DNA of 58,395 nt from a virus. Shown here piece after piece: positions 19,123 to 27,214 of the stretch. The translations under genes were made by a program, and so were the position numbers. A model generated the notes under the pieces. It had not been told where the DNA came from. It did not search any database and worked only from the letters and a program-made list of their open reading frames with translations. Location: the IMG/VR virus record IMGVR_UViG_3300045988_082887. One strand, written 5' to 3'. Each line of letters starts with the position of its first letter. Position 1 is the first letter of the stretch.

Positions 19123-19344
19123 TCACTTGATGTCAAACCCATTTTCGACTTTTGTCTCACGAGGGACTACCATAATCTTGTATCCCATAACCCTTAGTGT
19201 TTCATCCAGCTTGTTGACACTAATGTTTTTGTGCCTTAGACGTTCATTCAAGGTTTTAAGCGGAATGTTAAGCATATCACTTAACTTCGCTTGGTTCAAT
19301 TCCTTCAATTTCAAAATTTCCTTTATCGCTTCACTTGCCGTCAT
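19123..19344 (-). CDS. HTH DNA-binding protein, first gene of the recombinase operon
   Basis: 73 aa; LNQAKLSDMLNIPLKTLNERL is an HTH. Its stop lies 12 nt before the recombinase ATG. Confidence 0.65.
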   Translation of the reverse strand: MTASEAIKEILKLKELNQAKLSDMLNIPLKTLNERLRHKNISVNKLDETLRVMGYKIMVVPRETKVENGFDIK

Positions 19345-19371
19345 TTTTCTTCGCCATCCTTTCTTGATTCT

Positions 19372-19399
19372 ATTATATCAAGATATTTCTGGATGTCAA
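19372..19399 (-). promoter_or_regulatory. Promoter of the HTH-recombinase operon, with 16-bp direct-repeat operators
   Basis: Minus strand TTGACA-16 nt-TATAAT. The 16-bp repeat TCAAGATATTTCTGGA (19378..19393 and 19396..19411) forms the spacer and overlaps the -35. Confidence 0.6.
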
Positions 19400-19445
19400 G
19401 ATATTTCTGGACTTTCTTTGCTTGCGCTTATATTATATATAAATA

Positions 19446-19477
19446 TACTCTAGTATGTATTTATACATACTAGAGTA
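19446..19477. repeat. 32-bp palindrome: perfect 15-bp arms around a 2-nt TT core
   Basis: TACTCTAGTATGTAT-TT-ATACATACTAGAGTA, in the divergent intergenic region next to the recombinase operon. Confidence 0.9.
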
Positions 19478-19574
19478 GTATAAGGGTGTTTACTTAGTTA
19501 ATCACAATCAGGTAGAAAATTTTCTATAATAAGGAGTAATTCTGCCAAACTTCATTTCCGTAAAACTTTGGGTC

Positions 19575-19603
19575 TTGACAAGCATATTTTTACGCTTTAT
19601 ACT
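19575..19603 (+). promoter_or_regulatory. Promoter TTGACA-17-TATACT
   Basis: Read directly. It lies inside the 5' end of track ORF 19568..19810, so the true start must be downstream. Confidence 0.6.
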
Positions 19604-19630
19604 TGTTCCAGCGAAAGCGAGGTGATAGGC

Positions 19631-19810
19631 TTGGCAAGACGAGCAGAAACCTCGGAACGTGATAAGCTGCGCATGATAAGCACTCGGCTCACAGAGAGCC
19701 AGATCGCAAGCATGGAGAGCAGCGCAAAGGCATTGGGAATCTCAAAGGTCGATGTTATCCGCATGGGTATCGAGTGGGTGGCATCCTACGTTGAGAACAT
19801 CAAGGCATAA
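19631..19810 (+). CDS. Ribbon-helix-helix (CopG-like) regulator
   Basis: ISTRLTESQIASMESSAKALGISKVDVIRMGIE is an RHH pattern. A TTG start at 19631 follows GAGGTG; an ATG at 19673 is the alternative. Confidence 0.55.
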   Translation: MARRAETSERDKLRMISTRLTESQIASMESSAKALGISKVDVIRMGIEWVASYVENIKA

Positions 19811-19964
19811 AAAATAAGCTACCAGCGAGTACTTTGGACGGTCACGCTGATAGCTTATCCACATCACGAAACGAGAACCTGCAACCACCAAGGGGGCAGT
19901 CTCCCTTTTCGGAATCTATTATACCAAAAAGGGCTGCTCTCCGCAAGAGTTAGGAGAAAAAAAC

Positions 19965-20123
19965 ATGAACTTTCCCACGAAAACCGAAGAATTTCTGAAA
20001 ACCCTCGCCCACGGAAAAGAGCCGACCAGCGAAGACAGGGAGTACGCAGAAGCGCTGGGTAAGCTGTCAGAACTGAACTATCGGGCAGGGTACGAAGCGG
20101 GAGCAAACAAAAATAATGGCTGA
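19965..20123 (+). CDS. Small hypothetical protein (52 aa), not in the ORF track
   Basis: AGGAGA lies 7 nt upstream of the ATG. I prefer it to the junk-like antisense ORF 19864..20106. Confidence 0.45.
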   Translation: MNFPTKTEEFLKTLAHGKEPTSEDREYAEALGKLSELNYRAGYEAGANKNNG

Positions 20124-20191
20124 ATTTTGTGCAAATCTACAAACTTTTAGATTTTGTACAGATACCAGTACTACATTAAGCGTTTGCGTAA

Positions 20192-20220
20192 TTGACAAAC
20201 CACAACATATTGCGTATACT
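20192..20220 (+). promoter_or_regulatory. Promoter TTGACA-17-TATACT
   Basis: Read directly; it has the same architecture as the promoter at 19575. Confidence 0.6.
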
Positions 20221-20250
20221 GATTGCACCCACATGAAGGGAGGTGAGTTT

Positions 20251-20427
20251 ATGTATAGTCCTTATCTCGAACGCCACAATCACACGTTCACTGTTGCGCT
20301 GACCGAACGGCAGTTCCAGTGGCTGAAAGCCTATTGCACCGAACACAAGGTTGCACAGGCCGCAGCCATCCGTGACACGTTCTTTGAGGTGCATCCCATC
20401 CCAGAGACCGATGAAAACGAAAAATGA
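20251..20427 (+). CDS. Ribbon-helix-helix-like small regulator
   Basis: The ATG at 20251 follows GGGAGGTGAG; HTFTVALTERQFQWLKAY is an RHH-like N-terminus. Confidence 0.5.
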   Translation: MYSPYLERHNHTFTVALTERQFQWLKAYCTEHKVAQAAAIRDTFFEVHPIPETDENEK

Positions 20428-20544
20428 TACGTCCGCTAAAGTTTGCCGACCGCAGCGAACGTATCATCAAAACCACTGGAACAAGCTGTTCCAGCCTTAT
20501 TATAGCAGGAATTGGCTTGTTCCGCAAGAACCATAGGAGTTTTT

Positions 20545-21327
20545 ATGGAACAAAAGGTTAAATATGCTATCAATCTTATCAGTGAGAACGGACAGGTTGT
20601 CGTGTCCAGCCGTGAAGTAGCAGAAAATTTCGGAAAAGAACATCGGAACGTCATGCGAGATGTAGAAAACATCATGTCACAGGGTGTGCTCAAAAATGAG
20701 CAGACCCCCATGTTCTTCAAAACCGAGTACACCCACGAGCAGAACGGTCAGACCTACTCCATGTACCTGATGAACCGTGACGGTTTCACCCTGCTTGCTA
20801 TGGGTTTTACCGGCAAAGAAGCCCTTGAATGGAAACTCAAGTACATTGATGCTTTCAATCAGATGGAGCAGAAGCTCACCAACCCGGAGCCTGAATCGAC
20901 AGAGATGCTGTTGAGCCGCGCTCTGATCGCCGCTAACAGTGTTATCGACACGGAGCGTAAGAAGGTAAAGGTTCTGGAAGCGGAAAATGCCAAGATGAAG
21001 CCCGATTCCGACTACGCAAAGGCGGTTCTTCTCTCTGACGAAAGCCTGACAACCACGCAGATTGCCATGAACTACGGCCTGACCGCTCGAAAGCTGAACA
21101 AGATTCTTGAGGAAATGGGCATCCAGCACGTTGTAAATAAGCAGTGGATTCCTTACAAGAAATATCTTGGCAACGGATACGTTGTCGGGCATCCGATCGA
21201 GCTGCCGAACGGAAAGACGAAAGAGGTCACTCGCTGGACGAGAGCCGGTCAGAAGTTCATTTATAGCAAGCTCAAAGAAGCGGGCTATCTTCCTGTTGGC
21301 GAGCAGATTAGAATGGAGACGTGCTGA
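20545..21327 (+). CDS. Rha-family phage regulatory protein / antirepressor (paralog of 41395..42147)
   Basis: SSREVAENFGKEHRNV and YLMNRDGFTLLAMGFTGKEALEWKLKYIDAFN are Phage_pRha signatures, followed by a KilA-C/Ant-like C-terminus. Confidence 0.75.
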   Translation: MEQKVKYAINLISENGQVVVSSREVAENFGKEHRNVMRDVENIMSQGVLKNEQTPMFFKTEYTHEQNGQTYSMYLMNRDGFTLLAMGFTGKEALEWKLKYIDAFNQMEQKLTNPEPESTEMLLSRALIAANSVIDTERKKVKVLEAENAKMKPDSDYAKAVLLSDESLTTTQIAMNYGLTARKLNKILEEMGIQHVVNKQWIPYKKYLGNGYVVGHPIELPNGKTKEVTRWTRAGQKFIYSKLKEAGYLPVGEQIRMETC

Positions 21328-21602
21328 TGGACTACTCGGAAGAAATGTTTCGGCTACAAGCTGAGAATGAAGAGCACAAAGCCGTTTTAGAAAAAAGCCA
21401 TGAAATCCTTAATCAGGCATTAGAAATCATCATGCCAGAGGATAAGCGGTCAAGGGAAGTTGTAAGTGTAGCGCTAGCAACGTCCGTACAGCATTTTTGC
21501 GAGGACAGCTATTCAATGGGATACAATGATTGTTTGCTCGACATTCTCATGGAAAAGGAAGAAGTCAGCGCTCCTATCATGTTTCCAACACTTAAATCGT
21601 AA
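21327..21602 (+). CDS. Hypothetical protein
   Basis: Its ATG overlaps the upstream TGA (TGATG), indicating coupling. Confidence 0.5.
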   Translation: MDYSEEMFRLQAENEEHKAVLEKSHEILNQALEIIMPEDKRSREVVSVALATSVQHFCEDSYSMGYNDCLLDILMEKEEVSAPIMFPTLKS

Positions 21603-21616
21603 ATAGCCCATAAGAA

Positions 21617-21655
21617 AAGCCAGTGGTTAGAGAACATCTAGCCGCTGGCTTTTTG
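21617..21655. terminator. Bidirectional rho-independent terminator
   Basis: AAGCCAGTGG-15 nt-CCGCTGGCTT followed by TTTT, with an A-run on the other side, between convergent genes. Confidence 0.6.
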
Positions 21656-21657
21656 TA

Positions 21658-22389
21658 TTACATTTGAATTGCTACGATTTCCCACGAAGAATAATTGGAA
21701 AGCCCAGAATAGGGGTGGATTTCAAAGTTCTTCGTCTCTCCCGGTTGGATATCCAAGACATAATCAATATCTCCGCACACGGGAACTTCTTCTCCGCTCA
21801 CATCTTTCATCTTATACAGAACGATGACCTTTGCATTTGTCTTGTATGCGCTGTTGTTAGTCACTTTTCCGGTGAATCTTGTCTCATAGCCACTACCACG
21901 CTTTGAAGTATTGGTAACAGCCAATTCACCTGCTCTTAAAACTTCTTTTCCTGCACTCGGCTGATAGTTATAGTCCTGAGCCGAAACAGCCATTTCGATA
22001 CCGGCAGGGATAGTACCGTCATACTCGTATGTGAAGTATCCGGCATACCAGTAGGAATCATCTTCCGCAACCCAGTCCAGATATTCATCGTCTGTTTTAA
22101 TCACGGAGCCATCCTCTGCAACAACTGCGATTTCAATATGGGGAAACCAGACCGCAAGATTTTTGTTCGTATTCTCGATTTCAAGCGCATAAGAAATATA
22201 AATCGTGCTACCGTCACGCCACGCATAAGACCCATGATTCTTAATGCCTAACGGTTCATACTGTGTTGCATTAGTCTGCTCAAGTTCAATAAGGCCAGAC
22301 CATTCATCAGGCTTTTTTGCAGCAATTGCACTGATAGGCATGGTAAAAATCAAAGCGGCAACAAGAATTGCTGAAGCAAACTTCTTCAT
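21658..22389 (-). CDS. Secreted protein of unknown function
   Basis: N-terminal signal peptide MKKFASAILVAALIFTMPISAIAA. Confidence 0.6.
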   Translation of the reverse strand: MKKFASAILVAALIFTMPISAIAAKKPDEWSGLIELEQTNATQYEPLGIKNHGSYAWRDGSTIYISYALEIENTNKNLAVWFPHIEIAVVAEDGSVIKTDDEYLDWVAEDDSYWYAGYFTYEYDGTIPAGIEMAVSAQDYNYQPSAGKEVLRAGELAVTNTSKRGSGYETRFTGKVTNNSAYKTNAKVIVLYKMKDVSGEEVPVCGDIDYVLDIQPGETKNFEIHPYSGLSNYSSWEIVAIQM

Positions 22390-22404
22390 CTTTACGTCCA
22401 CTCC

Positions 22405-23307
22405 TTATTCGTCCACAAGGTCTGCGTACTTTACTTCAACGCGAGGAATTTCATCTTTTGTCATTGTCAATGCTCTTGTGATTTCAGCTGTCCCGGTAAA
22501 TTCTCCGTAGATTGTAACAATGTCGTCTTGAAGAATCTTTACAGAGCCGCTCTCCCTTTTATCAACAGCATAGTATTCGTTTCCAAGGTACATATCATAC
22601 CCATCTTCGTTATCCTGAACGCGCCATGCCTTGTCGCTGCTGAAAAGAGAAGCATCCATAATCTGCTGTACCTTTGCCTTGATTACAATTCTTGTTCCAG
22701 CGTACTTTTCCGGGTAGCGGCATAAATCCTTGTAGCCTACGGTTCTGCAAGATTCTTTGTATTCTTCTTCCGTTTCAACATGGATAGGTTCACTCTCGGG
22801 CTGAGGTTCGCTCTCAACTTCGGGCTCAGACTGGCTTTCAGATACGGATTCACTTTCAGCTTGCTGCTCTGCGGATGCAGATTTTGCTTCTTCCGCTGCT
22901 TTGATAGATGCAGCTAAGGTTTCAGATGCTGCTTTTTCTTCGGAAGCCGCCGCGCGTTCTGCTTCCAGCTCCTTGTCATACGGAAGATTCATGCCAACAA
23001 CAACTAGCACTAAGCACACAACTAAAGCAATCAAGTCTTTCTTCGCTGAATACTTTTCGTGCTTAACAATCGACTTCAGGAGATTCCAGATAATCTTTAC
23101 GCCGTATGCTACAAAGACCAGCGTACAGCCGATTCCAAAGTCTCTGCCATCTTTTTGATAGATTCCGTAGAATATACCAAAGCAAATATAACAAACGATA
23201 GACCCGTACCAGAACTTACTGTTCCCTTTTCCTCTAAGTGCATTGACGATACAACACACACTTAGAATAAATCCAGCAAGCAGCATGATTCCACTGAACG
23301 TTTGCAT
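22405..23307 (-). CDS. Multi-pass membrane protein with an acidic linker and an extracellular C-terminal domain
   Basis: About four N-terminal TM segments, an ESE/PE-rich linker and a globular C-terminus. The ATG at 23307 follows AAGGTGGA. Confidence 0.6.
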   Translation of the reverse strand: MQTFSGIMLLAGFILSVCCIVNALRGKGNSKFWYGSIVCYICFGIFYGIYQKDGRDFGIGCTLVFVAYGVKIIWNLLKSIVKHEKYSAKKDLIALVVCLVLVVVGMNLPYDKELEAERAAASEEKAASETLAASIKAAEEAKSASAEQQAESESVSESQSEPEVESEPQPESEPIHVETEEEYKESCRTVGYKDLCRYPEKYAGTRIVIKAKVQQIMDASLFSSDKAWRVQDNEDGYDMYLGNEYYAVDKRESGSVKILQDDIVTIYGEFTGTAEITRALTMTKDEIPRVEVKYADLVDE

Positions 23308-23439
23308 TTTTAATTCCACCTTTCCTTTGCCAGTATAACACATTCAATGGCTCCGTAAGGGGTCTTTTTGTTTTTTTCGGAATTTTTGGAGACTTGCACA
23401 ATCAGATAGGTTTCGTTTTGTGAGGGTGGGGTGGGTCTT

Positions 23440-23720
23440 TTTTATTTTTTCGGTGGTGGGACGGCTCACCGGGCGCAGCCCGGCTCGGCCACTATTCCCC
23501 GCCGGTGCACCCCTGCCCCATCCAGCGCACCGGGAAGGACTACACAGGGTAGGCCGTCCCAGATGCAAGGGCAGACCACGCAAGGCACGACGCACACGCC
23601 CGGACGCTGGACACGCTGCACCGGTCTGCACTCGATACCAGACCGCCCACGCCGGGCAGATCGTAACGGCGCGGGACGCTGGACTGTCTGCGCAACGTGT
23701 CCGGCAAAGTGTACAATTTC
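23440..23720. other. GC-rich, apparently non-coding island
   Basis: It is visibly much more GC-rich than its flanks. The only ORFs are Arg/Pro/Gly-rich with no RBS. Confidence 0.5.
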
Positions 23721-23734
23721 GGACGCTTTATTTT

Positions 23735-23823
23735 ATCCATATTTATATGGATATATTTTGCTGAAAGTATTGACAATCCATATATATATGGATATAATAT
23801 AATCAGTCCAGATAAATATGGAC
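23735..23823 (+). promoter_or_regulatory. Promoter TTGACA-17-TATAAT (23770..23798) with three palindromic operators
   Basis: ATCCATAT-TT-ATATGGAT at 23735..23752. The perfect palindrome ATCCATATATATATGGAT at 23776..23793 fills the spacer. GTCCAGATAAATATGGAC at 23806..23823. Confidence 0.7.
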
Positions 23824-23859
23824 TACAACCACAATACACCAAAACAGGAGGACAAAACC

Positions 23860-24297
23860 ATGATGAACAATAAAGAGATCGATTACACCGCCCGCCCTAT
23901 TCCGAGTGATTATGCAGGCCGCAGCCATCGCGCGTGTGTATGGTATAACAGAGCCCGCGCCGCGTTTGACCTTGCCACGCTTGACACACTGACAACCGCC
24001 GCAGATAAAGCCGCCGATCGTGTGCCCACTGAGGCATACGAAAAAGCAAGAAAGCTCCTTGACAGCGTGCAGCGTTGGGGGCTTGCAGATGCAAGAGCGT
24101 GGGAGCTTGACAACGACAGCCGCTATTATAATTCCGAGTGGCTCAAAACCCGGCAGACTCAGCTTGAAAAGCGGCGTGTAAAGCTTAATAAAGAGCTCAA
24201 AGAATACGGCTTGCAGATTGACAATTACGGCTTGTATCCTTGCATCCGAGAGATCATCAAGCCGGGTACTGATATGAATTTATTGTACTGGTTTTAA
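23860..24297 (+). CDS. Hypothetical protein, first gene of the small-gene cassette
   Basis: ATG follows AGGAGG. Confidence 0.55.
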   Translation: MMNNKEIDYTARPIPSDYAGRSHRACVWYNRARAAFDLATLDTLTTAADKAADRVPTEAYEKARKLLDSVQRWGLADARAWELDNDSRYYNSEWLKTRQTQLEKRRVKLNKELKEYGLQIDNYGLYPCIREIIKPGTDMNLLYWF

Positions 24298-24311
24298 TAG
24301 ATGGTATAAAT

Positions 24312-24533
24312 ATGAATAAGCTTGTATTTGAAGTAAACAATGGTAGAAAATTAGAACTTGTGCAGCGGGAGGATAACGGAACGACCCTTATTTGCTCCCT
24401 TGATGCGCCGGACAATGAAGCATATATAAACGCTGGCGACTTTGTGCAGCTGATTAACCTTTATCGCTACTGCAAGCGGTACGATATTAAGAACGATTGG
24501 ATTAACCCCAACGGCAAAAACACGGAGGTATAA
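24312..24533 (+). CDS. Hypothetical protein (73 aa)
   Basis: ORF in a tightly packed operon. Confidence 0.5.
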   Translation: MNKLVFEVNNGRKLELVQREDNGTTLICSLDAPDNEAYINAGDFVQLINLYRYCKRYDIKNDWINPNGKNTEV

Positions 24534-24536
24534 ACC

Positions 24537-24734
24537 ATGACAAGGACAGACGAAATAAACGCTGAAATCAGAAATCAGGCCGTGCGCCTGTACCCAAAAT
24601 GCGCCGGGCTCTTTGAGCTGCCATTGATGGTGTACACTCAGATTGTAGCTGATAACCTGACCCGCTCCAAGCCGTACCGCTTGAGCGTCGAGCGGTGCAA
24701 AAAAATTATTTTGGCTATGCCGGAATTTGACTGA
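24537..24734 (+). CDS. Hypothetical protein (65 aa)
   Basis: Starts 3 nt after the previous stop. Confidence 0.5.
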   Translation: MTRTDEINAEIRNQAVRLYPKCAGLFELPLMVYTQIVADNLTRSKPYRLSVERCKKIILAMPEFD

Positions 24735-24750
24735 TTGGAGGGTGTAAAAG

Positions 24751-24846
24751 ATGATTACTCTTGACTTTTCCCAGTGGGCCGCCCTCTGGTACGTTGGCGG
24801 CATGGTCAGCGGCGCGCTGGTTATGCTGGCATGGCTCAACAGCTAA
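24751..24846 (+). CDS. 31-aa hydrophobic peptide, not in the ORF track
   Basis: GGAGGG RBS; MITLDFSQWAALWYVGGMVSGALVMLAWLNS contains one TM segment. Confidence 0.4.
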   Translation: MITLDFSQWAALWYVGGMVSGALVMLAWLNS

Positions 24847-24856
24847 GGGGGACGCG

Positions 24857-25156
24857 ATGAAACTTGTTATAACTTATAACCAATACAAACTCCTTGATTT
24901 ACTTGCTTACCGCGCTTCTCTTTTGTCCGACACATTAAAATATGAGGCAGACAACAAAAAACAACTGTCTACCGATAAACGGCTGTTTGCGATCGCCAAA
25001 AAAAAGGTTGACAGCGCAAAAATCCCGGAACAAGTAAAAAATCTTGTGATTTCTATTGGCAATAACTGGGCAAAATATACATCTGACGCATTTGATTTTT
25101 TACTTCGTGACGCAGGTGTTTTGATTTACGGCGATACGTACTTTAAGGAGGGCTAA
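24857..25156 (+). CDS. Hypothetical protein (99 aa)
   Basis: The ATG at 24857 follows AAGGGGGA. The upstream part of the track ORF is low-quality sequence. Confidence 0.5.
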   Translation: MKLVITYNQYKLLDLLAYRASLLSDTLKYEADNKKQLSTDKRLFAIAKKKVDSAKIPEQVKNLVISIGNNWAKYTSDAFDFLLRDAGVLIYGDTYFKEG

Positions 25157-25159
25157 AAA

Positions 25160-25423
25160 ATGACGTTGTTCGAAGAAAAGGTGAACGAATACCGCGAAAA
25201 TAAGCGGCTTTTGGAAGAGCTGGAAGCAATGAACGAAAGCATTAAAGCAGATATTATCTGTATGATGCAGGGCGCGCCGGAAATGGCGCAAGGCACCGCA
25301 AAAGCCATTTATAAGGACGTGCAGAGCGTCCGACTGGATAGCAAGCTACTCAAGACGCTGCACCCGGATATTTACGCAGAGTGCAGCAGCAAAACCACCT
25401 ACAAGCGTTTTAGCGTGGTATAA
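25160..25423 (+). CDS. Hypothetical protein (87 aa)
   Basis: AAGGAGGG RBS. Confidence 0.5.
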   Translation: MTLFEEKVNEYRENKRLLEELEAMNESIKADIICMMQGAPEMAQGTAKAIYKDVQSVRLDSKLLKTLHPDIYAECSSKTTYKRFSVV

Positions 25424-25651
25424 GGGGGTGCAAGCTGTGATTTTATCCGCACTTCTGTTTTTCTTCTGGTTTTTTTCGGCGCTGTTTAAGGCAAGCAAGT
25501 AATGCCTATCGGACACTTTAGCGGGGCTGCACCGTAAAGCAACCCCGCCCCAGCCCAAAATGGCAAAAAACTTTCTGCAAGTCCTGTTTTTGGGGCTTGC
25601 AATATGCTATACTGTAAAAAAAGGGTAAAGCCCGGAAAGAAAGGTATCACC

Positions 25652-25867
25652 ATGAAAACTTACACTGAGCACGAAGTCAACGGTTTAAGCATTTATGTGG
25701 ACGACGAGACCGGAAAAGTACATCACGCTGTAAACTGGGATAGCGCAAATCAGACAACACTTTATCCATACGCCTATAACACCCGCTCCCGTGTGTGGGA
25801 TAATGTCAGTGGGGATTATACGTTAACAGGATTGAAACGCACAAAACGCTTGATTGAATGGCACTAA
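25652..25867 (+). CDS. Hypothetical protein (71 aa)
   Basis: ATG at 25652, followed by a strong terminator. Confidence 0.5.
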   Translation: MKTYTEHEVNGLSIYVDDETGKVHHAVNWDSANQTTLYPYAYNTRSRVWDNVSGDYTLTGLKRTKRLIEWH

Positions 25868-25878
25868 TAAAATTCTCA

Positions 25879-25910
25879 GCCCCGCCCCAAACCGGCGGGG
25901 CTTTTCTTTT
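25879..25910 (+). terminator. Rho-independent terminator
   Basis: GCCCCGCC-7 nt-GGCGGGGC followed by TTTTCTTTT. Confidence 0.8.
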
Positions 25911-26340
25911 GCCTTGCATCTGAAACGGTGCAGGGCTTTTGTTTTGCCCGGCGGCGTATCGGCCACACGCAAGCGTTTACAGCGGCTTTTATTTAGTCTA
26001 TGCAGTTATACCGCCAGCGACACAAAACAGCGTACAGGGCTTTACAGGCGCTTTTCCTGTGATTTGCCACATTATACCGCCGCAGATACCAGACCGACAC
26101 AAGCGGCTATAATACCGCCTGCGCCACGCTGGAGCACGCACACGCACCGAAACGCCCTGCGCCGATACCAAATACTACCGCTGCACTGGACGCTGTACAG
26201 GTCAACACAGCCGCCCCATTATAATAAGGTATATAAGGGTGCAGCAGATCGCAGACCATGCCAGCCCGGCGGGGCAGTCCAGTAGCAAGGGCACGGCGGG
26301 CGGAACTACTGGCGGCTTGTCGCCGCATCTCTTTTCGGCC
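25911..26340. other. GC-rich non-coding island with T(T/A)ATACCGCC repeats
   Basis: TTATACCGCC at 26006 and 26072, TAATACCGCC at 26110. No credible ORF is present. Confidence 0.5.
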
Positions 26341-27214
26341 TTTCGGTCGTAGCCAATAGAGGTCAGCAATAGTCGTAGCGTTCCGGCTGGAATAGTCGAA
26401 ACAGCTTCTGGAATAGTCGTAGCCAATAGTCGTAGTTTATCCGATAAAATAGTCGTAGAATAGTCGTAAAGTCATCAGACGACCAGCTTTTGAAAGTCCT
26501 ATATATAGTATAGTAACGAGCTGTCCGCTGATAGTCGCAGAGTAATAGTCGCAATGTTTTCTTGCGAATCATCGGCAAATAGTCGTGTATTTTTTGTGTG
26601 AAATAGTCGTTCGCCTTTTAGGAAAAAAGAGATGCGATAGTCGCTAAGTCATCCGACCACCAAAAAATCACTTCTCGTCACAATTTCGCATAATTTATTT
26701 TATATCCAGTTATATCTATTTCGTATAACAGTAGTACTTATTATAGTATACAGACATAGTTACTCCCGATAATCACGTATTATTTCGCATAATAACTAGT
26801 ACCATCCAAATCCGCTAGTTTCCGCTCAATTTAATTTTCAGTAATACACTATGACATTCCAACCAATCCATACTGCTTTGCTATGAATATTTATGCCTGA
26901 TAGTCGCAGTCAAGCTACGCAACATTTGTACATATCGAACCAACTGCAAAATGAAGTCAATTCTCCATGTGAAATAGTCGCAAATGGTGACAGGTCAGAT
27001 GTTGCTACCCTTTTCAGGATAGATGCTGTTGCCGTTGGAGGTCACCCGGTCGGCGCGGTGCGCCGGACGATAGAGGGTGACATAATGTAGAGGTCAGATG
27101 GACGGTATGCCTATATCCAGCCAATAGAACTTGACGGCAGATGTTGGTCACGGTCTGACCTGCTGGCTAACGGTATAGCTTTTGGAGATAGAGGGTTGTA
27201 GGGGGAAAGAACCT
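26340..27214. other. Putative origin of replication for the RepA_N/DnaB module
   Basis: Iterons, an AT-rich stretch at 26650..26880 containing ATTTCGCATAAT twice, and AGGTCAGATG repeats (26991, 27091, inverted at about 27150), all immediately downstream of the initiator gene. Confidence 0.65.
26368..26983 (+). repeat. Iteron array (A/G)ATAGTCG, 13 same-orientation copies
   Basis: Copies start at 26368, 26391, 26412, 26425, 26448, 26459, 26530, 26544, 26578, 26602, 26636, 26899 and 26973. Two more lie at 27851 and 27933, at the 5' end of the rep gene. Confidence 0.9.

Noticed and set aside
19864-20106. 80-aa minus-strand ORF
   Set aside because: It has a Pro/Leu/Arg/Ser-rich junk-like sequence and no RBS. 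The opposite strand holds a 52-aa ORF with a good AGGAGA site.
23344-23842. ORFs 23344..23631 (-), 23420..23764 (+), 23431..23802 (+) and 23540..23842 (-)
   Set aside because: They overlap in several frames within a GC-rich island, are Arg/Pro/Gly-rich, and have no RBS. I treat the region as non-coding.
26368-26646. Repeat array considered as a CRISPR array
   Set aside because: The repeats are only 8-11 nt long, irregularly spaced at 11-71 nt, and have no spacer-like unique units of constant length. There are no cas genes. The array sits next to an initiator gene, so I call it iterons.
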